DNA of 64,000 bases from Methanomassiliicoccaceae archaeon (GTDB taxonomy: Archaea; Thermoplasmatota; Thermoplasmata; Methanomassiliicoccales; Methanomassiliicoccaceae). Of the stretch, positions 19,099-29,707 are shown piece by piece. The stretch's first letter is position 1, and each line of letters opens with the position of its first letter. Location: positions 32,001 through 96,000 of the forward strand of contig JAXGZN010000002.1 in assembly GCA_040776945.1 (NCBI GenBank), in the 5' to 3' direction. Position numbers and translations under genes: made by a program. Under the pieces are notes generated by a model that saw only the letters and a list, made by a program, of their open reading frames with translations, had not been told where the DNA came from and made no database searches.

Positions 19099-19138
19099 GC
19101 AGGCCGATTAATGTGTGGATAATAATTATTTGCTCCGC

Positions 19139-19735
19139 TTAAGGTCCAGGCCGGCGGAACGCGGCCCCGAACTGCCTCTCCTCCAGCTCGATCATCGCCT
19201 TCATGCTGCTGGAGATGCGGCGCACCGAGTGCCGGCACTGCGGCCCGCAAGGCACCGAGAACGCGCGGTCGTTCACCTTAGGCCAGTACTTGATTCGATG
19301 GCCGTTGTAGAGGTGCCTGATCTCCAGCACCAGGTTCTGGTATGGTTCGCAGGTATCCCCCGGCGCGTCGGCATCCGCGGCCCGGTAGACCTGGCAGTAC
19401 AGCTCCCCCTCCTCCGCCAGCCTGCGGCACAGTCCTCTTATGTACCATGTGTTGAACTCCATGCGGGCCAGCGTCCTGGCGGCCCGCGCCGGCTCGGTGC
19501 GTCTGATCCCGCCGAACGGCGACGGCTCGTACTCCGCCCACAGCTCCTTGGGCTTGAGGTCCTCGGTAAGCGAGTCCTCGGTGCCGTCCGTGATCGCACG
19601 CTCCATGATCTCGCCGAACCTCTGCTTACCCAGGACGGAGAGGCTGGGGCTGCGATACGGCCCGGCCTCTTCCTCGGCCTTGAACTCGATGAGCATCCAT
19701 CGACGGGTCTCCTGGTCAAGCTCCTCGTACCGCAT
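19139..19735 (-). CDS. Hypothetical protein with MuF (phage minor head)-like motifs
   Basis: Open ORF MRYEELDQETRRWMLIEF...; ARTLARMEF..., VPCGPQCRHSV. Confidence 0.7.
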   Translation of the reverse strand: MRYEELDQETRRWMLIEFKAEEEAGPYRSPSLSVLGKQRFGEIMERAITDGTEDSLTEDLKPKELWAEYEPSPFGGIRRTEPARAARTLARMEFNTWYIRGLCRRLAEEGELYCQVYRAADADAPGDTCEPYQNLVLEIRHLYNGHRIKYWPKVNDRAFSVPCGPQCRHSVRRISSSMKAMIELEERQFGAAFRRPGP

Positions 19736-19844
19736 AGCTCCCCAATCAATGAGGTCGCTCTTGTAGATTGCTCCGAGCAACGCCTCCACCCGCGGTCAAG
19801 GGGCCCGCATGCTTTAAATGCCAGGGCGCTTCTGTGTGAGAGCG

Positions 19845-21284
19845 ATGACTATTCCGGACGTCACTGCGTACGTAGAGGAGATACGCGCGCTGGTGGCGAA
19901 GCACTTCTCGGTCTACGAGGTGTTGGTGAACTATGATGCCGTCCGACTGATGGTGCGCGCCGACGAGAGCACTCTGGGAGGCAAGTTCGAGGATCTGCGA
20001 AAGGAGCTCAAACAACGAGATCTCATCCCGTTCTTAAATTACTCTGGAGGAGAGCACTCGATAACCGTGCTGCGCTCCCCACCGCCCCGCAAGGGCAACC
20101 TATGGATCAACCGGGCGCTGCTGACGATAACCTTCATGACCACTACCTTGGCCGGGACCCTTCTTTGGGCCGACTACTCCGGCGCCGCAGATTGGCTCAC
20201 CGCAGGGAACGTGGCGTTCGGCGCTCTTTTCTTCGCCCTTCCTTTGATGTCCATCCTGGGAGTGCATGAGCTATCGCACTACATCGCGTCCAAACGCCAT
20301 GGGGTGGACGCATCCCTTCCTTACTTCATCCCATCCATCCCCCCGTTCGGCACGTTCGGGGCCTTCATTTCTATGCGTGACCCCATGCCCAACCGAAAGG
20401 CGCTGGTGGACATCGGCATCGCTGGACCACTGGGGGGGCTGGCGGTCACGATCCCGGTCGCGCTCATCGGGCTCTATCTCACTGGACAGGGGCATCCAGT
20501 GTCCGGAGCGGTAGGCGACGGAGGGGTGATGGCCATCTTCATCCAGCCGCTCTACCAATTGCTCGCGATGTTCGTACCGCTCGAAGAGAACATGGCGCTT
20601 CACCCCACCGCCTTCGCCGCTTGGGTAGGCTTCCTGGTGACCGCCATCAACCTGCTTCCGGTCGGTCAACTGGACGGCGGGCACGTGGCGCGCGGCGTAC
20701 TAGGCGACAAGGCCAAGTACGTCGGATACGCGACTTTCCTGTTTCTGGCGGTGATGACGCTGTTCTACGACGGCTGGTTCCTTTTCGCCATGCTGGTCTT
20801 CCTGCTTGGACTGAAGCATCCCGCGCCCCTCAACGACGTGACCCGGATTGACAAGCGCTCCATCGTCCTGGGGATCGCCGGGCTGCTGGTCCTGGCGATG
20901 ACATTCGTTCCGCAGCCCATAATGACGATAGCTCCTGACCATTCCTTGGACCTGAGCATCGTGGGCGGGAACAGCACAACCGTGGCCCCCGGAACCATGT
21001 TCGAAGTGACCGTGCTGGTCAACAACACCGGCAACACCGACAGCAGCGTCAGGATGGCTCTGGAGAACATCCCGAGCAACTGGACCGCATCGGTCTATCT
21101 GAACGGAAGCTCCTCGTCGAACGCCACCAACGTGCTTAGCTTCCCCCTCCCATACGGAACCGAGGTCATGGTGACCGTGATGGTCCACGTTCCCACCGAC
21201 GCGTCCCTGGCGAGGGACATCACCATCGTGGCGAACGCTTCCAAGGTAACGGTCTCCGAGGTACTCACCGTCAACGTCGCCTGA
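19845..21284 (+). CDS. Site-2 protease (M50) with C-terminal Ig-like extension
   Basis: HELSH, IAGPLGG, NLLPVGQLDGGH; tail with VNNTGNT beta-rich domain. Confidence 0.92.
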   Translation: MTIPDVTAYVEEIRALVAKHFSVYEVLVNYDAVRLMVRADESTLGGKFEDLRKELKQRDLIPFLNYSGGEHSITVLRSPPPRKGNLWINRALLTITFMTTTLAGTLLWADYSGAADWLTAGNVAFGALFFALPLMSILGVHELSHYIASKRHGVDASLPYFIPSIPPFGTFGAFISMRDPMPNRKALVDIGIAGPLGGLAVTIPVALIGLYLTGQGHPVSGAVGDGGVMAIFIQPLYQLLAMFVPLEENMALHPTAFAAWVGFLVTAINLLPVGQLDGGHVARGVLGDKAKYVGYATFLFLAVMTLFYDGWFLFAMLVFLLGLKHPAPLNDVTRIDKRSIVLGIAGLLVLAMTFVPQPIMTIAPDHSLDLSIVGGNSTTVAPGTMFEVTVLVNNTGNTDSSVRMALENIPSNWTASVYLNGSSSSNATNVLSFPLPYGTEVMVTVMVHVPTDASLARDITIVANASKVTVSEVLTVNVA

Positions 21285-22272
21285 GCACGCAATAGTTGCG
21301 GGACAGCGATCGGTGTACCTTCTGCAGGTGATGGTGCACGATCTCCATGCCCTCGGAGCGGGGGCAGGGACGAGGAAGCACAACGCAAGCTCTGGACCCT
21401 CGGTCGAGAACCTCCGAGATCGAGCCCATAGCGCGATCGTAAAGTTCTCCCAGCGGCTCCTTCATCGTGCTCGTGGCCCTTCCATACGGGGGGTCGGTGG
21501 CCACCGCATCGACCCTGCCGAAGACCGAACCGATATCCCCGATGTCCGCGACCTCCATGCGCTCATATGGCAACTGGAAGTGTTCCATGTTGCGGATGCA
21601 GCCGTCCACCATCGTAGGGGAGATGTCCGAGCCGCACACCTTCACACCGATGGACGCGGCCTCGATGAGGATGCCCCCTGTTCCGCAGAACGGATCGAGG
21701 AGCGTCCCTCCACGGGGGGCGAAGGTCATGTTGACCACTGCCCGGGCGAACTTAGGATGCAGCGAGATGGGGGAGAAGAACGGCCTTTCCGCCACCTTCC
21801 GGGCCTCGAATTGGGAACGGTCGATCTCCGCCTCTCTGAGATAGAAATGGACACGGTCCGAGACGAAAAGCCCCAGCTCGACGTCCGGGGAGGTCAGGTC
21901 GACCTTGCGGTCCCTCGCCACGATCCCGCCGATCTTTGCAGCCAGGCGGTTAAGGTCGATACCGTCATTGCATCCTTGAAAGCGCCGGACACGCACCGCC
22001 ACGGTCCCCGACGGTAGCTCCAGGTCCGCGGCCAGTGATGACGAGCCGTCCAACGATGAAGACCCTAGATACCTTCCGAGGCGGCGGGTCAGAGCAAGCC
22101 TGGAAGCTATGCCGCCAAGCTTGCCGGGCTCAAAGCCGAGCACAGCGTATCCAGGTCCAGAGGCCGACAACCGGAAGCCGTCGCACTCAGCAGCGCAGCA
22201 TCCATAGGCATCTGCCAGGGGCAAGCTTGGATGCTCGCCGGAAAGCTCGAAAAAATATGGCACAAGGCTCAT
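21271..22272 (-). CDS. trm11: tRNA (guanine-10-N2)-methyltransferase, THUMP + SAM domain
   Basis: ELSGEHPSLP, RPFFSPISLHPKFARA, LDPFCGTGG, TDPPYG. Confidence 0.85.
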   Translation of the reverse strand: MSLVPYFFELSGEHPSLPLADAYGCCAAECDGFRLSASGPGYAVLGFEPGKLGGIASRLALTRRLGRYLGSSSLDGSSSLAADLELPSGTVAVRVRRFQGCNDGIDLNRLAAKIGGIVARDRKVDLTSPDVELGLFVSDRVHFYLREAEIDRSQFEARKVAERPFFSPISLHPKFARAVVNMTFAPRGGTLLDPFCGTGGILIEAASIGVKVCGSDISPTMVDGCIRNMEHFQLPYERMEVADIGDIGSVFGRVDAVATDPPYGRATSTMKEPLGELYDRAMGSISEVLDRGSRACVVLPRPCPRSEGMEIVHHHLQKVHRSLSRNYCVLRRR

Positions 22273-22308
22273 GCCCTCCCTCCACGGACCAGCATGGCCC
22301 CGGTGCCC

Positions 22309-23250
22309 TCAATCCCTAATGCCATCCTCGCTGACGCTGATGACCGCCTCGGCCTCGGGAAGGTTGGGGGAATCGATCAATCTTGCTATGCGCTTCCCTC
22401 CCTTGCTCTTCCTCAGGTACAGACGGTATGTCGCGGCATGCCCGACAATATGGCCGCCGATCGGCCGGGTCGGATCGCCAAAGAACGCATCAGGCTTGGC
22501 AGAGACCTGGTTGGTCACGGCTATCACCGCATTGTTCAGATCAGCGAACCTGAGCAGATCGTGCATATGTTTGTTAAGGTTCTGCTGCCTTTCCGCCAGG
22601 GCGCCCCTTCCGACATATTCGGCCCTGAAGTGGGCGGTCAGCGAATCCACTATCATCAGCCTCACGTTGAGGTCGCGGGCGAGCTCCTGGGCCTTCTCCA
22701 CCAGCAGCATCTGATGGTGTGAATTGAACGCCCGGGCGACATGGATCTTCTTGAGCGTCTCTTCAGGGTCGAGGTCCAGTGCTGTGGCCATCTGCACGAT
22801 CCTCTCCGGCCGGAACGTGTTCTCGGTGTCTATGATGAACACGTTGCCGCCGAGGCCACCGTCCTCCACCGGACGGCCGGCGTTCACTGCCAGTTGGAAG
22901 CAGATCTGGGTCTTGCCGCTTCCGAACTCACCAAAGAACTCAGTGATCGCCTGGGTCTCTAGGCCTCCACCCATGAGCTCATCGAACGCTTTGGAGCAGG
23001 AGGTCAGTTTATGGATGTTCCTCCTTCTTTCAAGTATCAGATCACCGGTCTCGAACCCTCCGACGTCCGCGGCCTGCTTGGCCGCGTTGATTATCTTCAC
23101 CGCGGTGGACTCCCCTATCTCTGCTACCTCCGAGAGAACCTTGGGTGATTCTACCGCGATCGCCATAAGGTCGATATAGCCGGCATCTCTCAGCTTCTCT
23201 GCAGTTGCGGGTCCTACACCAGGCAACTCTTCTAGGCTGTTTGCAGGCAT
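22309..23250 (-). CDS. radA: DNA repair and recombination protein RadA
   Basis: N-terminal HhH ([12 protein letters not shown]), [29 protein letters not shown]. Confidence 0.98.
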   Translation of the reverse strand: MPANSLEELPGVGPATAEKLRDAGYIDLMAIAVESPKVLSEVAEIGESTAVKIINAAKQAADVGGFETGDLILERRRNIHKLTSCSKAFDELMGGGLETQAITEFFGEFGSGKTQICFQLAVNAGRPVEDGGLGGNVFIIDTENTFRPERIVQMATALDLDPEETLKKIHVARAFNSHHQMLLVEKAQELARDLNVRLMIVDSLTAHFRAEYVGRGALAERQQNLNKHMHDLLRFADLNNAVIAVTNQVSAKPDAFFGDPTRPIGGHIVGHAATYRLYLRKSKGGKRIARLIDSPNLPEAEAVISVSEDGIRD

Positions 23251-23490
23251 TTATGCACCTTCCTAATCTCGAACTCCATTTGGATATAAAAGCACCCCCC
23301 CAGGTATTCGAAAGTACTCCCTACAGATAGTAAGCCAGAGGTCTCCAGATGACCGAAAGGCGAACCCTCCCGGGCCCGCGGCCGAGGCCTTGCGGGCGCC
23401 CTGCCATCGTCCCAGGGCGAGGTCAGAGAGGCCTGGAGCCAGCATCGCGTTTGAAAAGATTTATTAGAGGATTGCCCTTAAGGGGCCCCA

Positions 23491-23847
23491 ATGGCCCGCA
23501 AGAAGAGAAAGGACGAGGAGGCGGAGGAGAAGTACGAGTGGGTCCCTCCAGAGTTCGATGAGAAGGCCTTTCTCAAGAAGGACATCGTGGGTACCAAGGC
23601 ATTGATGTACACCACGATCGTGGCCGTAGCCTTCGGCGCGGTGTCCGCCGCGTTGGGGAACACTGTCGGCAGCCTCTTTGGGTTCGTGTCTTATATCGCA
23701 GGGGTCATCTTCCTGAACTATACGTTCAAATACGCCCGGATCAGGACCGAGGACATGGACAAGAAGACCGTCATCGGCAATGTTGCGCTCTATCTGCTTC
23801 TTGCCCTTGGCATCTGGATACTCTTCATAAACAGGCCTTTCATCTGA
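23491..23847 (+). CDS. Small 3-TM membrane protein (possibly archaeal EMC6-like)
   Basis: Charged N-terminus then three hydrophobic segments ending IWILFINRPFI. Confidence 0.7.
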   Translation: MARKKRKDEEAEEKYEWVPPEFDEKAFLKKDIVGTKALMYTTIVAVAFGAVSAALGNTVGSLFGFVSYIAGVIFLNYTFKYARIRTEDMDKKTVIGNVALYLLLALGIWILFINRPFI

Positions 23848-23854
23848 TGCCGCA

Positions 23855-25183
23855 TCAGATCTCCCAGTTCATCCTTTTATCCAACATCGCCGACAGCGCC
23901 GGCCGATTGCGCTCGCTTATGGCCGAGGCCCCCATGTTCACCGAGAGCACCTCCGCTGTCCTGAGATCGCTTCCCAGGGCGGCGGCGGACAGCTTCGAGC
24001 GCACCAGATCGTCCGCCCTGGTGTATGCCCGGGGCGCCACGACCGCCCAGTGCCCATTGACCAAGTAAGGCCTGCTGAGGCCTTCCTTCTCCCATCTCTC
24101 CAGGAAGGCATTGGAGTTCTCGACCCACGCCGGGGGGCCGCTGTGGTATCGTCCCCGCGGCAGCTCAAGGCTTTCAAGCTCCAGCACGAACCGGATGTCC
24201 TCGGCCACATGATATGCGCGGTCGATGACTCTGAAGTCGCTGCCTTCCAGCATGGTACATGCTCCTTCTAGGCTCCGCCTGATCTGCGGATATAGGTTAT
24301 CGTCGATGATGTGCGGCCTGCGCATGGTGATCACGAGCGGGCCGGTCCCCCTTTGCTCCAACATGGCCCTCATATCGTCCAGTTTCAGTGGTTCTCTCCG
24401 GTTCGGGAAGAAGAACCTCTCTGAGGGCCGATCTAGGTAGCATCGGGCCGCGTAGATGAACCGGGCGAGGCTCTGCGCCGACAACGCGGATGCCACATTA
24501 CGGTTGGCGTCCACGGGGTCATGGAACACCAGAGGGTCGTTGAACTTCCTGCAAGCCTCATCCGCCAGGTCCAGCACCGCGCCTCGCTTCCAGGATGACG
24601 CTTCTTCCAGCACCTGCCTGAAGGAATCGAACCTAATGATCAGGAGCTCGAGCAAGTAGCCCGAGAAGCCCTGTGTCCGAGCCTCTGCCCCATAGACCCC
24701 GACCCCCTTGGCGAACTGCTTGAGCAGACGCACCTCCTTCTTCTGCTCGTCCCTGAGGTTCGATCTAACATATTGGGTGTGGAAAGGGGTCCGGTCGACA
24801 GCAGACCTTAGCCGGGTCGTGTCCATGATCCGATAACAGGGCACCATATCGACCTCCAGGGCTTCCCACAGGCCGTGGATATAGGGATGCTCGGCGTATC
24901 TTTCCTCTCCTTTCTCCAGCACTTTCCACCCCAAGGCCAGCCCGATTGATTCGAGCCGCTCCCGCGACACGCTCTCGGGGAACAAGATGAACACATCGAG
25001 GTCAGGGTCACGAAGGAACGTGTCCTTGGCCACCGAGCCGACCATAAGCACTTCCAGTCCGAGATCCTCTTTGTCCGCCTCACTCTTGACCCTTTCCAGC
25101 AGCAAGCCGACCTTCCTGTCGATCGCCCTCCGCTCCTCGTCCGATGGGGAGATCTTCCTCAGGACATCATTTTCAAGGGCCAT
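23855..25183 (-). CDS. cca: Archaeal (class I) CCA-adding enzyme
   Basis: VGSVAKDT..DLDVF, YAEHPY, SAVDRTPFH, GFSGYLLELL, DPVDANRNVASA. Confidence 0.96.
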   Translation of the reverse strand: MALENDVLRKISPSDEERRAIDRKVGLLLERVKSEADKEDLGLEVLMVGSVAKDTFLRDPDLDVFILFPESVSRERLESIGLALGWKVLEKGEERYAEHPYIHGLWEALEVDMVPCYRIMDTTRLRSAVDRTPFHTQYVRSNLRDEQKKEVRLLKQFAKGVGVYGAEARTQGFSGYLLELLIIRFDSFRQVLEEASSWKRGAVLDLADEACRKFNDPLVFHDPVDANRNVASALSAQSLARFIYAARCYLDRPSERFFFPNRREPLKLDDMRAMLEQRGTGPLVITMRRPHIIDDNLYPQIRRSLEGACTMLEGSDFRVIDRAYHVAEDIRFVLELESLELPRGRYHSGPPAWVENSNAFLERWEKEGLSRPYLVNGHWAVVAPRAYTRADDLVRSKLSAAALGSDLRTAEVLSVNMGASAISERNRPALSAMLDKRMNWEI

Positions 25184-25979
25184 GTCCCACCATCATGGTC
25201 TTCATGGAAAAGTCTTTCCCTGGCCGAAGGAAGGGGACTAAGAGGTCCGATTTGGCCGCCAGGGGTAAGCTCAAGGCCGGTGTGGTGGGGATTCAGAAAA
25301 CCTTTCATAGGAGGAAAGTTGAGCCACCGGCCTCGAACCTCAGGTCGGAGTTATATTGCCCGTTATTTCAACATTCTTCATGGTTATCTCGGCCGTATCC
25401 CCATCGCATCAATGAACGGGCGATCTGTGTATATATCCTAAATGATCGAGCGTTATGGAACGATGGCTGAAACGTTAGACCCTACGCATATATTGAAATG
25501 GACGGAGGAGCCCTCTCCGACATTGCGGAATGGGGGCCGAGGGGCAGATCGGCCTCCTTGAGAAGGCCAATCTTCCAAAGTACCCTGATAAGGCAGACCG
25601 TTATCGTAGTGCCCCTCACTATCTGCGCCTTGTTCGACGGCATGGAAATGCCCATTGGCCCGATGGCGGCGCTTGGCCCGCTCTCTCCGATGACGACCAT
25701 AAAGGCGGACCGGGGTTTGCCATGATTGGACAGGCGGACACTAGTCCCCGCCAGTCCTTGACTCTTCTTCCCCGGGACCTAAGGCCGCCTCATCCGATTC
25801 CACTCTCCCGACCCCATCGACCAATAAGGTCATCCTTCAACCGGCAAGGATCAGCGGACGGCCCGGTCGGACCGGCAAACGGAGAAAGATGGTCCGCGAA
25901 TACACCTCATCGGACCACCCTCAATGGAAATTGCGATGCCGCAGTATTGATATATGCATCGTCGGGGACATCCGCGCCC

Positions 25980-26816
25980 CTAGCGGTCTAGGTCCGCCAG
26001 CCCGCGGCCCTCAATGATGTCCCGACCCTTGGAGCGAGAGGTCCGTATGGTCCTCCCGACCTGCACCGTCATAAGGTCCTCAGCGGCAAGGGTCCGGGAG
26101 CCGGAGACCTTCTCGATATGCTCGGCTTGGCGTCTCACCCCTTCATGGACAAGCTTCATACCCAAATGGGTGAGCAGGACCATCTCCGGTCTTATGGCCC
26201 TCGCCATCTCCGCCGCGTCCTCTGTGCACAGGTGCTTGGGCACGCGGGACCCCAGCGGCCTAGTGAGGTTGAGTATGAGCACCCTGCACCCCTCATGTGC
26301 CGTCATTATGGACCTGTGCAGTTCGGTATCTCCTACATAGGAGATGATGCCGTTGGTGGTGTGGAACTTGAACCCCACCCCTGTGGGATCGCTATGGGAC
26401 GTCGGAGTGACATCGATCTTCATTCCCTTGACCTCGAACCGGCCCCCCGCCTCGGCCCGGACCACCGAGGATGTGATTGACTGGTGGTACGCGGACACCG
26501 CCGGGCTGAAACCGTTGCCCCCATCCAAGGCGCTGACGCTTCCGACCAGGACGCCGGAGTGCTTGAAGCCCCCCTTGGTCATCCCTTCGATGATCATCTC
26601 CGCATCAGCATAATGGTCCGGATGACAGTGGGATATGAGCACGGCATCGGTCTTCGCCGGATCGAGGGCGAGCCTTCGCATGTTCATGAGGGCCGTCGGG
26701 CCAGGGTCCAGGTGGACCCTCGCTCCATCGTTGATATATATTCCGCCGGTCGCTCTTATCTGGTAGATGGTGGCAAAACGACCCCCGCCGGTTCCCAAGA
26801 AAGTCAAGCTAGTCAA
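25980..26816 (-). CDS. MBL-fold metallo-hydrolase
   Basis: FLGTGGGR, DPGP, SHCHPDH, THLG. Confidence 0.88.
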   Translation of the reverse strand: MTSLTFLGTGGGRFATIYQIRATGGIYINDGARVHLDPGPTALMNMRRLALDPAKTDAVLISHCHPDHYADAEMIIEGMTKGGFKHSGVLVGSVSALDGGNGFSPAVSAYHQSITSSVVRAEAGGRFEVKGMKIDVTPTSHSDPTGVGFKFHTTNGIISYVGDTELHRSIMTAHEGCRVLILNLTRPLGSRVPKHLCTEDAAEMARAIRPEMVLLTHLGMKLVHEGVRRQAEHIEKVSGSRTLAAEDLMTVQVGRTIRTSRSKGRDIIEGRGLADLDR

Positions 26817-26916
26817 TCCGCCACCTCCGAAACGTCCACCTTAACGCCTTTCCTTCTTAACAATGCTTTCCCGGGACAAGGTTAATTTATCGCGTGCCCA
26901 TGGACTTCCGATCAAG

Positions 26917-28203
26917 ATGCTCACGCTGATCAAGGATGCCCATATCATCACTCAGAACGCAGAGAGAAAGCTGGTCCGTGGAGACATCCTAATCAGGGAC
27001 GGCAAGATCGTGCAGGTTGGCGGTTCCGTCGAAGGCTCGGCGGACATCGAGATAGATGCCTCCGGGGACATCGTGCTCCCCGGCCTGATCAACACCCATA
27101 CCCATGTCTCCATGGCGATCCTGAAGGGCATCGCTGACGATATTCCATTCCCTCAGTTTCTGGACCGTGTTTTCAAGGTCGACGCCCACAGGACCGAGAG
27201 GGACATAGAGGCAGGGGCCGCCCAGGGCTGCCTCGAGATGATCCGCTCCGGCACAACCACCTTCGTCGACCTGTACTATTCGCAGGACATAATAGCTCGG
27301 GCGGTCGAGAGGTCAGGGATACGCGGCATCCTGGGCTGGGCGGTATTGGACCAGGAGTACACCACCCAGAAAGGCGTTCCCCTTGACAACTGCGCACGCT
27401 TTCATCGCGAGTTCCGAGGCCGGCCCCGCATCTACCCCGCGGTAGGCCTCCAAGGAGTGTACGTATGCTCGACGCAGACCTTCCTCTCGGCGAGGGACTA
27501 TGCGCTGGAGAACGACCTGCTCCTAACCTTCCATCTATCGGAAACGAGGAAGGAGGTCTCCGATTGCAAGAGAAAGGAGGGCAAGCGTCCAGGAGATTAC
27601 CTCGCGTCGATCGGGTTCCTGAACGATCATTGCGTAGCCGCCCATTCCGCCTGGCTCACCATCAACGAGGTCCGCGGCCTGGCTTCCTCAGGCGCCAAGG
27701 TCTCGACCTGCCCCGTATCGAACATGAAGCTTGCCACCGGAGGGGTGGCGCCGATCCCGGAAATGCTCCAGCACGGGGTGACCGCATCCATCGGGACCGA
27801 CGGGTCCACGACCAACAACAGCCTGGACATGTTCGGGGAGATGAAGGTCCTCTCTCTTCTGCAGAAGTCCAGTCGATGGGACCCTACGGTGCTGCCCGCC
27901 CAGAAGGTTCTGGACCTCGCGACCATCGATGCGGCGAGGGCCGTCCGCATGGACGGCCTAATCGGCTCCATCGAGGTGGGCAAGCGGGCAGACCTGATCA
28001 TATTGGATGGCAGGGCGCCCAATCTGCGCCCCTCGCGGCCTAGTTCAATGGTTTCCAACATCGTTTACTCGTCGTTCGGCACTAACGTCAAGACCGTCCT
28101 TTGCGATGGCAAGATTGTGATGCGTGACCGCAAGATGATCACCATGGACGAAGAGAGGACGCTGTCGGAAGCGGAGGACGCGGCCCGGGCGCTGCTCGGA
28201 TGA
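26917..28203 (+). CDS. Amidohydrolase (5'-deoxyadenosine/MTA/SAH deaminase family)
   Basis: PGLINTHTH, FHLSET, AAH, CPVSNMKLATG, IGTDG. Confidence 0.88.
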   Translation: MLTLIKDAHIITQNAERKLVRGDILIRDGKIVQVGGSVEGSADIEIDASGDIVLPGLINTHTHVSMAILKGIADDIPFPQFLDRVFKVDAHRTERDIEAGAAQGCLEMIRSGTTTFVDLYYSQDIIARAVERSGIRGILGWAVLDQEYTTQKGVPLDNCARFHREFRGRPRIYPAVGLQGVYVCSTQTFLSARDYALENDLLLTFHLSETRKEVSDCKRKEGKRPGDYLASIGFLNDHCVAAHSAWLTINEVRGLASSGAKVSTCPVSNMKLATGGVAPIPEMLQHGVTASIGTDGSTTNNSLDMFGEMKVLSLLQKSSRWDPTVLPAQKVLDLATIDAARAVRMDGLIGSIEVGKRADLIILDGRAPNLRPSRPSSMVSNIVYSSFGTNVKTVLCDGKIVMRDRKMITMDEERTLSEAEDAARALLG

Positions 28204-28234
28204 GCTCTGCCTCCCGCGATGTGGATTATATAAA

Positions 28235-28347
28235 TGGTCCCGACTCCCGGATTTGAACCGGGGGCCTGCTGATATCGGCGGCTGAGGACCGGAAGCTCCG
28301 GTGACCCACTACAGTCAGCCGCTCTAGCCAGACTGAGCTAAGTCGGG
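28235..28347 (-). tRNA. tRNA-Tyr(GTA) with about 35-nt canonical-position intron and encoded CCA
   Basis: CCCGACTTAGCTCAGTCTGGCTAGAGCGGCTGACTGTAG-[intron about 28274-28308]-ATCAGCAGGCCCCCGGTTCAAATCCGGGAGTCGGGACCA. Confidence 0.95.
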
Positions 28348-28554
28348 GGTAGAGACCCTATTACGGATAGCGTATTTAGAACTTCGCCTGACAGGATGCT
28401 GGCATCTTCAGCATCCAGATGGTCAGGTCCGGCCCCCGCATCGCCTTTCGGCAAGAGAGGTCACAATTCAAGAATTTATATATAGGTCGAGCTTGATACA
28501 GTTGTCGGACAGAAGAGGTCGGTCCGACCCCTTCTGTTGCCATGGTGGAGAGAC

Positions 28555-28794
28555 ATGGAAGAACCAGAACTGGAGAAGGTGACGATCCGCCTTCCCGCGC
28601 GCTACGTGCGGGCATTGGACTTCCTGGTCAGGGTAGATGACTTCCCGTCACGCTCAGAGGCTATCCGGGCGGCGATAAGGGACTTCATCTACCAAAGAGT
28701 GGACGTTGTCATGGACAAGGTCAAAAAGATGGAGGAGGCAGAAAGGACTCTCGAGGCCATGGAACAGTTCGAAGCTGAATACCTAAGGAAGTAG
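28555..28794 (+). CDS. Ribbon-helix-helix (CopG/Arc/MetJ) regulator
   Basis: KVTIRLP...LD.LV....FPSRSEAIRAAIRD. Confidence 0.88.
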   Translation: MEEPELEKVTIRLPARYVRALDFLVRVDDFPSRSEAIRAAIRDFIYQRVDVVMDKVKKMEEAERTLEAMEQFEAEYLRK

Positions 28795-28942
28795 GGCTCT
28801 TAGATGGGATGGGATGCACAATCGGGGACTAGCCTGCCTTCAACCTCCCCCTCTTTTTTTATTTCAGGGTGAGGCGGTCCGCCGCCCCCCTTAGGCCCAT
28901 GAACTTAAGGAGAATATTTGGGAAAGGGGCCCAGCGGGCCGT

Positions 28943-29707
28943 TCATCCGATATAGCCGAGATCTTCCCGCTTCGGCTCAGCGGGCGACTCAATCTCTTTG
29001 AGCTTCGAAGTAATGAGATCGATCTGCTCCGCTTTGGACACCAGGTCAGCGAAGTCTATGGTGACGCCCAGGATGTCAGCGAGTACCCGAAGCACGACCT
29101 CCGCTCCTTTGGGGTCCACAAAGTATCCTGAGGTCTCGCCCATGAGGCAAACCGCGTCCAGGCCGTAGATCTTGCTCATGCCCAGCATCAGACCGCTGGC
29201 GCCGACGATCCCGGAGCCCGGCTCACCCTTGGAAAATATCACTCCTTTGGCCCTCATCGCCTCGACCACCTCTTTGCTGGTCGCGGCCCCCAGCACTCTG
29301 GGCTGCTCGACCATCTTGCCGACGCCATACCCTCCCAGGGTGTAGATGGTCTTGACCCCCCAGTTCAGGCAGAGCTTCATCATATGGTCCGAGAGGTCGT
29401 ACTGGCCCTCTGGAGTGAGGCCCTGATAGTCCCCTACCAGGATGATCAGGTCCGGGTGCTTCCCGTCGGCCTTGGAATAGTACAGCTCGTTGTTGACGAG
29501 CTTGATCACCCCATCCTCATCGACAACGACCTGAGGCGGGAAGTATGATGAGTAGATGTCCGCGAACTTAGTGGCCTTCAGCTGGTCTAGCAGGTGCTCG
29601 GCGGCCAGCTTCCCTACGTTGCCCACACCGGGAAGCCCTTCCACCAGCACTGGCGCCTCGAACTGCGGTTCCTCAATGAATACTGCCTTGATCTTTTCCA
29701 CAACCAT
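28943..29707 (-). CDS. Proteasome assembly chaperone (PAC2 family)
   Basis: LVEGLPGVGNVGK, YTLGGY, CLMGET.GY..DP, C-terminal YIG (HbYX-like); usual position after nop10. Confidence 0.9.
   Translation of the reverse strand: MVVEKIKAVFIEEPQFEAPVLVEGLPGVGNVGKLAAEHLLDQLKATKFADIYSSYFPPQVVVDEDGVIKLVNNELYYSKADGKHPDLIILVGDYQGLTPEGQYDLSDHMMKLCLNWGVKTIYTLGGYGVGKMVEQPRVLGAATSKEVVEAMRAKGVIFSKGEPGSGIVGASGLMLGMSKIYGLDAVCLMGETSGYFVDPKGAEVVLRVLADILGVTIDFADLVSKAEQIDLITSKLKEIESPAEPKREDLGYIG

Noticed and set aside
25311-25330. RNase P RNA (GAGGAAAGT motif)
   Set aside because: Only a partial match and no recognisable downstream P4 partner sequence
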